This document shows positions 44,044 through 54,020 of a stretch of 64,000 nucleotides of DNA, piece after piece. This DNA is from Patescibacteria group bacterium (GTDB lineage Bacteria; Patescibacteriota; Patescibacteriia; Buchananbacterales; UBA6539): assembly GCA_028688055.1 (NCBI GenBank), contig JAQTYZ010000001.1, positions 178,910-242,909 on the forward strand. The letters run 5' to 3'. The notes beneath the pieces are model-generated. The model was given only the letters and a program-made list of their open reading frames with translations, was not told the origin of the DNA and made no database searches. Position numbers and translations under genes: made by a program. Within the stretch, counting starts at the first letter, position 1, and each line of letters starts with the position of its first letter.

Positions 44044-44631
44044 ATGAGGAAATTGTTGTTATCTTTTTTTATAACCGGCGCTTTTGGCGCTTATATTGTT
44101 TCGCAAAAAATAAATCCGGATAAATTTGTCGTGCCAGTTTCGGTCAATACAAGTCAGAATAATGCTAACTCCAATATTGCTGATTCATTACCATCCAATG
44201 CCAAGGCTCCAACAACTTCAACGCCGACACCCGCTAAACCGACCCCGACGGCGGTTAATACCAACACTAACACCAGACCAGGAAACGGGATGATGAATGG
44301 TAATGGAATGGGTAGTGGTTCCGGTGCGGGGATGATGAATCAGGGTAAATTCAAAGACGGTAGTTATGTTGGCCCAGCGGCTGACGCTTATTATGGTTAC
44401 ATCCAGGTTAAGGCCATTGTCAGCGGTGGCAAGCTAACCGACGTTCAATTTTTGCAATATCCCAACGACCGTTCAACGTCGCAATCCATTAATCAGCAGG
44501 CGACGCCATATCTTCGCAGCGAAGCGATTGCCGCCCAAAGCGCTAATGTTAATATTATTTCGGGTGCGACTGACACCAGTATGGCCTTCCGCGAATCGCT
44601 GGCCAGTGCCTTGGCCCAGGCTGCCAATTAA
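44044..44631 (+). CDS. Secreted/membrane-anchored FMN-binding domain protein (predicted flavinylation substrate)
   Basis: N-terminal TM/signal, Thr/Pro/Ala-rich linker, FMN_bind-like domain FKDGSYVGPAADAYYGYIQVKAIVSGGKLTDVQF ... ISGATDTS. The SGAT motif is the ApbE flavinylation site type. Confidence 0.55.
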   Translation: MRKLLLSFFITGAFGAYIVSQKINPDKFVVPVSVNTSQNNANSNIADSLPSNAKAPTTSTPTPAKPTPTAVNTNTNTRPGNGMMNGNGMGSGSGAGMMNQGKFKDGSYVGPAADAYYGYIQVKAIVSGGKLTDVQFLQYPNDRSTSQSINQQATPYLRSEAIAAQSANVNIISGATDTSMAFRESLASALAQAAN

Positions 44632-44634
44632 AAT

Positions 44635-45378
44635 ATGAAACAACAGCAAGACATTATGGGAATGCCGATAACGGTTGAAGTTGTCGGTCGCGACGACGCC
44701 GCGGTATTAATCAAAAAAGTTTTTGATTATTTTAAGGATGTTGACGAAAAGTTTAGTCCGTTTAAGTCGCAAAGCGAAGTCACTAAAATTAATAATGGTG
44801 AAATTTTTCCCGGCGAATACAGTGACGAGATGAAACAAGTTTTGGACTTGACCGAAAAAACCTGGCGCGAAACGAATGGTTATTTTGAGGTTGTTTTTAA
44901 TGGTCAGTTTAACCCCTCCGGCTTAGTCAAAGGCTGGGCGATTCAAAATGCGGCTCAAATACTGCGCCGGGCCGGGGTAAAAAATTTTTATATCAATGCC
45001 GGCGGCGACATTGAGGTTGGCGGGAAAAATGAGGCTGACCAGACTTGGTCAGTCGGCATTAGGAATCCGTTTGCCCAAGATAAGGTTGCCAAGATTGTTT
45101 ATACCGCTGGTGGTGGCATCGCGACCTCGGGCACTTATTTGCGCGGTGAGCATATTTATAATCCAAAAAACGGCGCGGCGGTTAATGAGATTGTCAGTCT
45201 GACTGTCATCGGACCAAATATTTTTGACGCCGATCGTTATGCGACCGCCGCGTTTGCGATGGGTAAAAAAGCCATTGAATTTATCGAAAAATTAATTGGC
45301 TTTGAAGGCTATATGATTGACACTCAAGGCATCGGAACGATGACTAGCGGTTTTGATAAATATAGTATCAAGCAATGA
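44635..45378 (+). CDS. apbE: FAD:protein FMN transferase (ApbE family)
   Basis: N-terminal MGMPITVEV and ApbE-like blocks (GYFEVVFNG ... GLVKGWA ... GGDIEVGG ... GGGIATSGTY). Confidence 0.6.
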   Translation: MKQQQDIMGMPITVEVVGRDDAAVLIKKVFDYFKDVDEKFSPFKSQSEVTKINNGEIFPGEYSDEMKQVLDLTEKTWRETNGYFEVVFNGQFNPSGLVKGWAIQNAAQILRRAGVKNFYINAGGDIEVGGKNEADQTWSVGIRNPFAQDKVAKIVYTAGGGIATSGTYLRGEHIYNPKNGAAVNEIVSLTVIGPNIFDADRYATAAFAMGKKAIEFIEKLIGFEGYMIDTQGIGTMTSGFDKYSIKQ

Positions 45379-46892
45379 TTCACTGGATCGATGAGTTTTT
45401 AAATCAAATCACGATGTACCGGCTGGTTTTATATTATTTGATTTGTCTCTGGTTGCTAGCTTTGGTTTTTAGTTTGTTTGGAATTTTGCCGTTTACGCCA
45501 GTAGTGATGATTATATCGCTGGTGGTTATTTTGTCGGTTTCCTGGGCGGTTAATAACATTTTTGCGTGGGCATTTCGAGCGGTACCGAATGTGGAATCAA
45601 TTTATATTACGGTTATGATCTTGGCCTTGATTATTACGCCTAGTTCAGGTTCGAATAATTATATCTTTATGGGCTGGGCGGCCGTTTGGGCGATGGCATC
45701 AAAGTATATGATGGCGGTGAAAAAGAAGCATCTATTCAATCCAGCCGCTTTTGCCGTTGTTTTAACGGCTTTGACTTTAGGCCAAGGCGCTAGTTGGTGG
45801 ATCGGTACGACAATTATGATGCCTTTTGTGACCATTGGTGGCATGCTAATTGTTCGAAAAATTATTCGCACCGACTTGGCTTTAAGTTTTGCGCTAACGG
45901 CCGCTGTCACCATTATTGTTGGTAGCCTTATTAAGGGAACGAGTCTTTTGGTGACAGTCGAAAGAATCGTGCTTTATTCACCGTGGCTGTTTTTTACTTT
46001 TATCATGATCACTGAGCCGCTAACCACGCCACCGAGCCGAAAATTAAGGATTATGTATGGTGTCTTAGTCGGTTTTTTATTTTCGCCGCAAATTCATATT
46101 TTGGGACTATACTCGACACCGGAATTGGCGCTGTTGGTTGGCAACGTGTTTGTTTATTTTGTCAGTCCAAAGGTCAAAGCGATGTTGACCTTAAAAAAAG
46201 TTGATCAGTTAACTAGCGATACCGCGGAATTTATTTTTAGTTCTGATTCACCAGTTAAATTTACGCCCGGTCAATATTTAGAATGGACTGTTGGTCATAG
46301 CTGGCCGGATAATCGTGGCAACCGCCGCTATTTTACGCTGGCTTCCTCGCCGACTGAAGCGGAGGTGAAGGTGGGAATTAAATTTAGCCGCGAATCTAGT
46401 AGTTATAAAAGAGCCCTGCTGGCTTTAAACCCTGGCGACCAAATTACCGTTGGTCAGCTGGCTGGCGATTTTGTTCTCCCGGCCAATGGAAAAGAAAAAT
46501 TAGTATTTATTGCCGGCGGGATTGGCATTACACCGTTCAAAAGTATGATTCAATATCTGAATGATACTGGTGCCAGTCGCGACGCGATTCTAATCTATGC
46601 CAATAAAACCCAGGATGATATTGCCTACAAAAATTACTTTGATCAAATGGGGCAAAAATTAAATATCAAAATGGTTTACACTTTGACTGACAAAACTGTG
46701 TCAACCTCGTGGACGGGTGAGCGTGGCTATATCAATGAACGATTAATCTCTGCGCAGGTGCCGGATTTTAAAGAAAGAATTTTTTATATTTCCGGCCCGC
46801 ATTCAATGGTGATTGCGGCCCGAGATTCATTGCGACGCCTCGGCGTCCGGAGCACTAAAATTGTCACTGATTTTTTCCCAGGTTTTGCTTAA
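45375..46892 (+). CDS. Polytopic membrane oxidoreductase with C-terminal ferredoxin-NADP reductase-like FAD/NAD(P)-binding domain
   Basis: About 8 TM helices followed by RRYFTLASSP (RxYS FAD motif) and FIAGGIGITPF (NAD(P) motif). Confidence 0.5.
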   Translation: MIHWIDEFLNQITMYRLVLYYLICLWLLALVFSLFGILPFTPVVMIISLVVILSVSWAVNNIFAWAFRAVPNVESIYITVMILALIITPSSGSNNYIFMGWAAVWAMASKYMMAVKKKHLFNPAAFAVVLTALTLGQGASWWIGTTIMMPFVTIGGMLIVRKIIRTDLALSFALTAAVTIIVGSLIKGTSLLVTVERIVLYSPWLFFTFIMITEPLTTPPSRKLRIMYGVLVGFLFSPQIHILGLYSTPELALLVGNVFVYFVSPKVKAMLTLKKVDQLTSDTAEFIFSSDSPVKFTPGQYLEWTVGHSWPDNRGNRRYFTLASSPTEAEVKVGIKFSRESSSYKRALLALNPGDQITVGQLAGDFVLPANGKEKLVFIAGGIGITPFKSMIQYLNDTGASRDAILIYANKTQDDIAYKNYFDQMGQKLNIKMVYTLTDKTVSTSWTGERGYINERLISAQVPDFKERIFYISGPHSMVIAARDSLRRLGVRSTKIVTDFFPGFA

Positions 46893-46969
46893 GGTGGTTT
46901 GAAAGAAAAGGGTCTGGCGTGCGTAGTAATGGTTATAGGGCCTATACTTAAGAACTAACAAAGTAAACC

Positions 46970-47383
46970 ATGAACAAAAAAATGAAATTATTCGCTGTCA
47001 TGTTGTCAGTCCTTGCCACCACGGCTCTGGTGAGTGGCATTACCTTAGCGGCAACCACCAATAGTAAGTCAGGTGATCTGCCGCCGCCGCTTCATCGTAA
47101 TCTAAAAAACGACATTGCTAACAACGATTATAATGCTTGGTCGCAGGAGATGACGCGGCAGGTAACTGACTTAAGACAACGAGCGACAGACTTAGAATCT
47201 AAAATAAATCAGGCTACCTTTGATAAGTTGAAACAGGCGCATGAACTAATGCAGTCAGGCGATAGAACAGGAGCACAGCAGATATTTGATGAGCTTGGGA
47301 TCGGCGGACCACGTCATGGCTTAATGGGTTTTAAAGGCCATTTCCATGGACCGAAGCCGGATATAACCACCCAAAGCAATTAA
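46970..47383 (+). CDS. Secreted small protein, hypothetical
   Basis: Signal peptide MNKKMKLFAVMLSVLATTALVSGITLAA; coiled-coil-like remainder. Confidence 0.35.
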   Translation: MNKKMKLFAVMLSVLATTALVSGITLAATTNSKSGDLPPPLHRNLKNDIANNDYNAWSQEMTRQVTDLRQRATDLESKINQATFDKLKQAHELMQSGDRTGAQQIFDELGIGGPRHGLMGFKGHFHGPKPDITTQSN

Positions 47384-47398
47384 CCATTGTTTACCAGA

Positions 47399-47431
47399 GA
47401 CCGCCTAGAGAGAGGGCGGTTTTTGGTTTTT
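47399..47431 (+). terminator. Rho-independent terminator (ACCGCC-loop-GGCGGT plus TTTTGGTTTTT)
   Basis: GC stem followed by a long T-run after the 46970 gene. Confidence 0.55.
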
Positions 47432-47492
47432 AATGGTAGACTGATGCCTTATTTTTTGATAATATAACCCTGTATTAAATAATTTAAGAACT

Positions 47493-48149
47493 ATGAAAAA
47501 AATATTTATTTTTGCAGTTTTGACTCTAGCTCTGGCCGGTTGTCAGAAACAGACGGCGGTTAGTGTTAATGGGTCGACTAATCTTAATTCTAACGTAATA
47601 AATAATAATCAAAATATGGCCCAAGTTCAAAATATTCCCACCGCCCCAAACCCGGCTGATGTTGAAAAAGTCAGTCAGGCAACTTTTAAAACTAATCTGG
47701 GCGAGGTGACCGTTGAGTTATATTCTAAGGACTCACCACAAACCGTGGCCAATTTTGTTAAGTTGGCTAAGGACGGTTTTTATAACGGAACAAAGTTCCA
47801 TCGGGTGATCAAGGATTTTATGATCCAGGGTGGTGATCCACTTAGCAAGGACGACACTATTAAAACGCGCTGGGGAACTGGTGGCCCCGGATATACTTTT
47901 CCCGATGAAATAAATAGCCATAAATTAGTTAAGGGTTCTCTGGCCATGGCTAACGCCGGGCCGAATACCAATGGCAGCCAGTTTTTTATCGTTTCGGCCG
48001 AAGCGACACCATGGCTTGATGGTCACCACACCAATTTTGGTCAGGTGGTGTCCGGGCTGGATGTAGTTGATAAAATTCAAAATGTAAAAACTGAGGGTGC
48101 TGATCGTCCAGTTAGCGACGTAATTATTGAATCAATTGAGCTTAAATAA
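47493..48149 (+). CDS. Peptidyl-prolyl cis-trans isomerase, cyclophilin type (lipoprotein)
   Basis: Lipobox LALAGC; cyclophilin motifs FHRVIKDFMIQGGD and GSLAMANAGPNTNGSQFFI. Confidence 0.8.
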   Translation: MKKIFIFAVLTLALAGCQKQTAVSVNGSTNLNSNVINNNQNMAQVQNIPTAPNPADVEKVSQATFKTNLGEVTVELYSKDSPQTVANFVKLAKDGFYNGTKFHRVIKDFMIQGGDPLSKDDTIKTRWGTGGPGYTFPDEINSHKLVKGSLAMANAGPNTNGSQFFIVSAEATPWLDGHHTNFGQVVSGLDVVDKIQNVKTEGADRPVSDVIIESIELK

Positions 48150-48152
48150 ATT

Positions 48153-48596
48153 ATGATCGCCGGGATTGACTATACTGGGGTTTCAGTTGCATTTTATTGC
48201 CACGACGGCCAAGGTAATTTTTTGCTTCAAAAACGAAGTCAGCAGTGTCGCGACCAAAAAGGGCGCTGGGATAGTGGCGGTGGCAAGCTGGAATTTGGCG
48301 AAAGTCCCGAGGTCGCGACCTTGCGTGAGATTAAAGAAGAATACGGTTGTGCCGGTCAAATTAATAGAGTGTTGCCGACCCTGTCATTTTTTGAAGAAAT
48401 TGACGGCCAAGGTAAACATTGGATAATTATTCCTCACATTGTCGAGGTTAATCGCGACCAGGTCAGTGTCAGTGATCAAGAGTCAATCGACGAAATTGGT
48501 TGGTTTAGACTAAGTGATTTTCCCAGCCCCTTGCACGACAGTGTCACTAAGGAGCTAGTGCTATTCTATGAGCAGTTAAAGGAATTTTCGATTTAG
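48153..48596 (+). CDS. NUDIX hydrolase (fourth paralog in the window)
   Basis: Nudix box GGGKLEFGESPEVATLREIKEEYG. Confidence 0.65.
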   Translation: MIAGIDYTGVSVAFYCHDGQGNFLLQKRSQQCRDQKGRWDSGGGKLEFGESPEVATLREIKEEYGCAGQINRVLPTLSFFEEIDGQGKHWIIIPHIVEVNRDQVSVSDQESIDEIGWFRLSDFPSPLHDSVTKELVLFYEQLKEFSI

Positions 48597-48634
48597 GGAA
48601 TGATTTTAAAGTTGGAAATATTTTAAATATATTT

Positions 48635-48662
48635 TTCAACTGTCGCGTCTTGTTTGTATAAT
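48635..48662 (+). promoter_or_regulatory. Candidate promoter of the pentose-phosphate operon (TTCAAC-16-TATAAT)
   Basis: Consensus -10 with a TG immediately upstream, weak -35; 40 nt before the zwf ATG. Confidence 0.35.
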
Positions 48663-48702
48663 AAACCGCTAAGACCGTCGAGAGATTGCAAAAAATAAAA
48701 TT

Positions 48703-51078
48703 ATGGATATCAATAATAAAAATGCTCCGACAATACTTATTGTTTTAGGCGCCACTGGTGATTTGATGGCGAGAAAGATTGTGCCATCTTTATTCCATTT
48801 GTTTGACCATAACAACCTACCGCAACGATTTAAGGTTGTCGGTTTTGCTCGGCGGTCGTTAACGGACACTGATTTTCAAGAGCATGTTCATCAGAATTTA
48901 ATTGAACATTCGCTGCCGAAAGATAACCAACCGCCAACGGCTGAGTTTTTAAAAATTTTCAGCTATTTTCAGGGAAATTTTGAAGATGTTAGTGCCTACC
49001 AGAATTTAGCTAAAGCATTGGATAAAATTGATGCCGAGTGGGGTGTCTGCGCTAATAAGCTTTTTTATCTGGCCGTACCGCCAGAACAATTTGAGATTAT
49101 CTTTACCAATCTAAAACTATCAGGTTTGAATGTACCATGCAGTCCCCAAACTGGCTGGACGCGAATGTTAATCGAGAAACCATTTGGTCGTGATCTCAAG
49201 ACCGCTGAACGAATGCTTGATCAAGTGTCTAAATTTTTTAAGGACGAGCAGGTTTATCTTATTGATCACTATTTAGCCAAAGAAATTTTGCAGGGGATTG
49301 TACCGTTTCGTTTTTCTAATAATTTATTGGAAGATTCTTGGGATAACACCGCCATTGAAAAAATTGAAATAAAGTTATTGGAAAAACTTGGCGCCGAAAA
49401 ACGCGGTAAATTTTATGACAACGTCGGGGCGCTCAGGGATGTTGGCCAAAATCATTTATTGGAGATGTTGGCGGTTTTAACAATGGAGTATCCTGAGGAT
49501 ATGGACCCATATGATTTGCGCCATAAGCGCGCGGCGATTATTGAGAAATTAAAGCCTTGGACTAAAACAGAAATTATTGAAAATACTTTTCGCGCTCAGT
49601 ATGACAGTTATCAGCAAATTGTCGGGGTTGATTCGAATTCACAGGTTGAAACTTACTTCAAATTAAAAACAGAATTAATTGATAAACGTTGGCGGGGGGT
49701 GCCAATATTTTTGGAATCAGGCAAGGGTTTTGAGTCATCAATCAAACAAATTAAGGTAACCTTCCGTCATCCCGATGTTTGTTTTTTGTGTGTTGGTGGC
49801 GATGATTATAAAAATACCGTGACGTTTTCGCTGGAACCGGAAAGTCGTATCACTATTGATTTTTGGACTAAAAAACCCGGTTATGAAACAACCTTGGAAA
49901 AGCGATCATTTACATTTGTCCTTTATGAAAATAAAACGGAAGTTCAATATGTTGAGGAATATAGCAAGCTAATCTTAGGGTGTATCTTGGGTGATCAGAC
50001 GTTATTTGTTAGTCCGCAAGAAATTAGAGCGATGTGGAAGTTTGCTGATCCAATTAACGAAGCTTGGCAGCAGAATTTAGTGCCGCTTAATAAATATCAA
50101 CTGGGAAGTAATAAAGTTCCCGGCAGTGAAAATATTAAGTTTGAAGAAATTACCCAGACCGCTGATCGATTATTAAAACATGAAGTAGCCATCATTGGTC
50201 TGGGGAAAATGGGTGGCAATCTGGCGCGGCGGTTAATTAGAAAAAAATGGAAAACGGTTGTCTATAACCGAACCAGTGAGGTGACCAAGAATTTTGAAAG
50301 TTTTGGCGGTATCGGCGCTTACTCAACCAAGGAGATCGTGGAAAAATTAATTCCACCACGAGTGGTTTGGCTAATGCTCCCGGCTGGGCAGCCAACTGAC
50401 GATATGCTTTTTGGCCCGGACGGGTTAGTTAAGTATTTGGCAAAAGGTGACATTATTATTGATGGCGCCAATTCATATTTCAAAGATTCAATTAAGCGCG
50501 CGGAAAAACTAAACAAGGTGGGAATTAAATTTCTCGATGTCGGCGTTTCCGGCGGTCCGGCTGGCGCGCTTAACGGTGCTTGCTTAATGATTGGCGGCGA
50601 GCGCCATAATTTTGAGTTGTTAGAGCCGCTGTTCTATGACATTGCCCTGCCGAATGGCTATCAGTTTTTTGACGGTGTTGGGGCCGGACATTTCGTTAAA
50701 ATGGTTCATAATGGTATTGAGTATGGCATGATGCAGGCCATCGGCGAAGGTTTTGGCATTATGAAAAAGACCAAATACGACCTTGATTTATCACGCGTTA
50801 CCGATATCTATAATCACGGTAGTGTAATTGAGTCGCGCTTAATCGGTTGGTTAAAAAGCGCTTTTGAATTGCATACGGAGAATCTTAATGACGTTTCGGG
50901 CTCAGTTGGTTATACCGGCGAAGGCGAGTGGACAGCTAAAACCGCTAAAGAATTAAAAATTAAAGCTAAAATTATTGACGAGTCAGTTAAGTTCCGCCAG
51001 GCGTCAAAACGCCAGCCAAGTTATATCGGCCAAGTGGTTTCGGCGCTGCGTGAACAATTTGGAGGACATAAAGTATGA
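48703..51078 (+). CDS. Bifunctional fusion: glucose-6-phosphate dehydrogenase (N-terminal) plus short-type 6-phosphogluconate dehydrogenase (C-terminal)
   Basis: N half: LGATGDLMARK, IDHYLAKE (G6PD signature type). C half from about residue 490: AIIGLGKMGGNLARRL, GVSGGPAGALNG, GAGHFVKMVHNGIEYGMMQAIGE (6PGDH signature), ALREQFGGH. Confidence 0.75.
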   Translation: MDINNKNAPTILIVLGATGDLMARKIVPSLFHLFDHNNLPQRFKVVGFARRSLTDTDFQEHVHQNLIEHSLPKDNQPPTAEFLKIFSYFQGNFEDVSAYQNLAKALDKIDAEWGVCANKLFYLAVPPEQFEIIFTNLKLSGLNVPCSPQTGWTRMLIEKPFGRDLKTAERMLDQVSKFFKDEQVYLIDHYLAKEILQGIVPFRFSNNLLEDSWDNTAIEKIEIKLLEKLGAEKRGKFYDNVGALRDVGQNHLLEMLAVLTMEYPEDMDPYDLRHKRAAIIEKLKPWTKTEIIENTFRAQYDSYQQIVGVDSNSQVETYFKLKTELIDKRWRGVPIFLESGKGFESSIKQIKVTFRHPDVCFLCVGGDDYKNTVTFSLEPESRITIDFWTKKPGYETTLEKRSFTFVLYENKTEVQYVEEYSKLILGCILGDQTLFVSPQEIRAMWKFADPINEAWQQNLVPLNKYQLGSNKVPGSENIKFEEITQTADRLLKHEVAIIGLGKMGGNLARRLIRKKWKTVVYNRTSEVTKNFESFGGIGAYSTKEIVEKLIPPRVVWLMLPAGQPTDDMLFGPDGLVKYLAKGDIIIDGANSYFKDSIKRAEKLNKVGIKFLDVGVSGGPAGALNGACLMIGGERHNFELLEPLFYDIALPNGYQFFDGVGAGHFVKMVHNGIEYGMMQAIGEGFGIMKKTKYDLDLSRVTDIYNHGSVIESRLIGWLKSAFELHTENLNDVSGSVGYTGEGEWTAKTAKELKIKAKIIDESVKFRQASKRQPSYIGQVVSALREQFGGHKV

Positions 51079-52175
51079 GTAATTCTAAACCGATTATTTA
51101 TTTAGGTACCGATCACGGCGGTTATCATCTTAAGGAAAAAATTAAACTATGGTTGCGAGCCTGGGGTTATCACTATGAAGATTTGGGTAACGAAGTTAAT
51201 GACCCGACTGATGATTATCCGCTGTATGCTTTGTCAGTTGCCAAACGCGTTTCGCTTGACCGTCAAAGTGGCCGCTCATCATTAGGAATCATTGGTTGTC
51301 GCACGGCCGCGGGAATGGTTATCGTGGCCAATAAAATTAACGGCGTCAGGGCGGTGGCCGGCTTTGATCTTAATTCGGTCGTTCATTCGCGTCGCGAAAA
51401 TGACGCTAATATTTTAGCCTTAGCTGGCGACATTGTTAGTGACGCTAATGCCAAGAAACTAGTTAAGGCTTGGCTGGAAACAAAATTTGGCGGTCGTACC
51501 AGGCACGCCAGGCGCGTTAAGCAAATCGAGCGCTTGGAGCGCGGTGAGTTTGAAATTATTCCAGGAATTCTTGAGTCTGATTTAAAAAGCATTTCAGACA
51601 AGGTGAAGCGAGTAGAAAAATATTTTGAGTGGATTCAAGTTGATGTGACTGATGGCAAACTCGTGAACAACTCAAATTTTTCCGACCCGGTCGAATTTAA
51701 AAAAATTAACAGTCAAGCTAAGTTCGAATTACATTTAATGGTTAGCGAACCGGACCAATACGTTAAGCCTTGGGCCACCGCTGGCGTCAAGCGAATTATC
51801 AGCCAAATTGAAGCTGGTCGTGTTGATCAGTTTATTTACGCGTGTCGGCAAGCTAAAATTGAAACGGGATTAGCAATTGATTTAGGCACTTCGGTTAGTA
51901 AGTTGAAACCGTATTTAAAAAAAATCGATTGCGTCTTAGTGATGGGGGTTCGCGCCGGTTATTCCGGACAAAAGTTCGCCATTATCGCATTAGAAAAAAT
52001 TGCCCAGCTTAGGGCGTTGATGCCGAAGTTGCCCATTGAGGTTGACGGCGGCGTCAGCGATCAGACGGCGGCGGCCTTGATTGCCGCCGGGGCCACTCGC
52101 TTGGTGACCACCAGCTTTTTATTCAAACATAAAAATATTTCGGATGGAATTAGCAGCTTAAAAAAACTTAATTAA
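51075..52175 (+). CDS. Bifunctional fusion: ribose-5-phosphate isomerase B (N-terminal) plus ribulose-phosphate 3-epimerase (C-terminal)
   Basis: N part: IIYLGTDHGGYHLKE ... GIIGCRTAAGMVIVANK (RpiB/LacAB). C part: IQVDVTDGKLVNN, ELHLMV, VLVMGVRAGYSGQ, VDGGV (Rpe TIM barrel). Confidence 0.7.
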   Translation: MSNSKPIIYLGTDHGGYHLKEKIKLWLRAWGYHYEDLGNEVNDPTDDYPLYALSVAKRVSLDRQSGRSSLGIIGCRTAAGMVIVANKINGVRAVAGFDLNSVVHSRRENDANILALAGDIVSDANAKKLVKAWLETKFGGRTRHARRVKQIERLERGEFEIIPGILESDLKSISDKVKRVEKYFEWIQVDVTDGKLVNNSNFSDPVEFKKINSQAKFELHLMVSEPDQYVKPWATAGVKRIISQIEAGRVDQFIYACRQAKIETGLAIDLGTSVSKLKPYLKKIDCVLVMGVRAGYSGQKFAIIALEKIAQLRALMPKLPIEVDGGVSDQTAAALIAAGATRLVTTSFLFKHKNISDGISSLKKLN

Positions 52176-52181
52176 GTATCT

Positions 52182-54020
52182 ATGGATGAAAAAAAATTAA
52201 CTGCGCTCAGTCGCTTAATTCGCTATTATATTTTGGCCTCAACCACTAAAGCCGGTTCGGGTCACCCAACTTCAGCCCTGTCAGGCGTTGAATTAATGGC
52301 TGGTTTGTTTTTTGGTGGTATTTTTAGGACTGACTTAAATAATCCAAAAAATCCTAATAATGATCGATTAATTTTTTCCAAAGGTCATGCCTCGCCGCTT
52401 TTTTATTCGTTGTATGCGGCCGCGGGAAAAATCAGCGAGCCGGAAATGATGACTTATCGTCAATTTTCCAGCCCCTTAGAAGGTCATCCCACGCCGCGAT
52501 TTCGCTACACTGAAGCCTCGACTGGCTCGTTAGGGCAAGGCTTGTCAATTGGCGTCGGTATGGCTCTAAACGCCAAATATTTGGATCAATTGGGTTATCG
52601 AACATATGTGTTGCTTGGTGACAGTGAAATGGCTGAAGGTTCGCAATGGGAGGCAATTCAGTTGGCGGCTTACTATCAGCTGGATAATTTAGTTGCCATT
52701 TTAGATGTTAATCGGTTAGGGCAGCGTGGTGAAACGATGGATGGTTATCAGGTCAAAAAATATCAAAAACGATTTGACGCCTTTGGCTGGAAAACGATTG
52801 TCATTGACGGCCATTCATATCCTCAGGTTATCGGCGCTTATCAGCAAGCGATTAAGTCAAAGGGCCGACCGATTGTGATAATTGCCAAAACAGTTAAAGG
52901 TAAAGGAGTCTCCTTTTTGGAAAATAAAGATGGTTTCCACGGTAAAACTTTAAGCCCTGAACAATTTAATCAAGCCTTGGCGGAGTTGGGCAGTGTTAAT
53001 AAAAAAATTATTGGTCAGGTTTTGAAGGTGTCTAAAGCAAAGCCAAAAGCGGTGAAAAAAGTTACCGCCCAATCAATTGGTTATGATCAATTAAAACCAG
53101 TTGCTACCAGAAAAGCGTTTGGTTTGTCATTGGCTCGCTTAGGCGGGCAGTACCCCGAGGTTGTATCACTCGACGCCGAAACTAGCAATTCAACTTATGC
53201 CGAGCTATTTAAGGCTAAATTCCCCAAGCGATTTTTTGAAATGTTTATTGCCGAACAGAATATGGTTGGTAATGCGCTGGGGTTGTCGCTCCGGGGAAAA
53301 ATTCCGTTTGTTTCAACGTTCGCCGCCTTTTTTTCGCGGGCGTTTGATCAAATCAGGATGAGTCAATATTCAACTTCCAATATAAAATTTGTCGGCTCAC
53401 ATGCCGGTGTTTCAATTGGTGAAGATGGGCCGTCGCAAATGGCGCTGGAAGATATTGCGATGTTTCGTTCCTTAATTGATTCGGTTGTTTTGTATCCGTC
53501 TGACGCTATTGCCACGGAAAAGTTAGTCGAACAGGCTATTAAGCACCAAGGTAATGTTTACATTCGAACAACGCGTAAAGAGACACCGCTGATTTATAAA
53601 ACCAATGAAGCGTTTCTAATCGGCGGCTCAAAGGTGTTGCGTCAGTCAAGTAATGATAAGGTTACCATCGTTGCCGCCGGGGTGACCCTGTATGAAGCTT
53701 TGGCCGCCGCGGACGCATTAAAGAGTAAAAAAATTAATGTTCGAGTTGTTGATCTATATTCCATTAAACCAATTGATCTTCAGACGCTAAAATTAGCCGC
53801 CCAGCAGACTGGTGCCATTATTACGGTTGAAGATCATGGTCTGGCCGGTGGCCTAGGTGAAGCAGTTAAATCGGCTTTAGCGGCCAGTGGCGTGAAAATT
53901 TATGCTTTGGCCGTTAACAAAATTCCTCGGAGCGGCAAGCCCGACGAACTAATGGCCTACGAAAATATTTCTGCTCAGGCGATTATTAGCCTGGTTAAAA
54001 AAATAATTATAAAAAAATGA
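52182..54020 (+). CDS. tkt: Transketolase (N- and C-terminal halves fused)
   Basis: AGSGHPTSALS, LLGDSEMAEGSQWEA (TPP-binding) and a C-terminal pyrimidine-binding/TKC region. Confidence 0.8.
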   Translation: MDEKKLTALSRLIRYYILASTTKAGSGHPTSALSGVELMAGLFFGGIFRTDLNNPKNPNNDRLIFSKGHASPLFYSLYAAAGKISEPEMMTYRQFSSPLEGHPTPRFRYTEASTGSLGQGLSIGVGMALNAKYLDQLGYRTYVLLGDSEMAEGSQWEAIQLAAYYQLDNLVAILDVNRLGQRGETMDGYQVKKYQKRFDAFGWKTIVIDGHSYPQVIGAYQQAIKSKGRPIVIIAKTVKGKGVSFLENKDGFHGKTLSPEQFNQALAELGSVNKKIIGQVLKVSKAKPKAVKKVTAQSIGYDQLKPVATRKAFGLSLARLGGQYPEVVSLDAETSNSTYAELFKAKFPKRFFEMFIAEQNMVGNALGLSLRGKIPFVSTFAAFFSRAFDQIRMSQYSTSNIKFVGSHAGVSIGEDGPSQMALEDIAMFRSLIDSVVLYPSDAIATEKLVEQAIKHQGNVYIRTTRKETPLIYKTNEAFLIGGSKVLRQSSNDKVTIVAAGVTLYEALAAADALKSKKINVRVVDLYSIKPIDLQTLKLAAQQTGAIITVEDHGLAGGLGEAVKSALAASGVKIYALAVNKIPRSGKPDELMAYENISAQAIISLVKKIIIKK

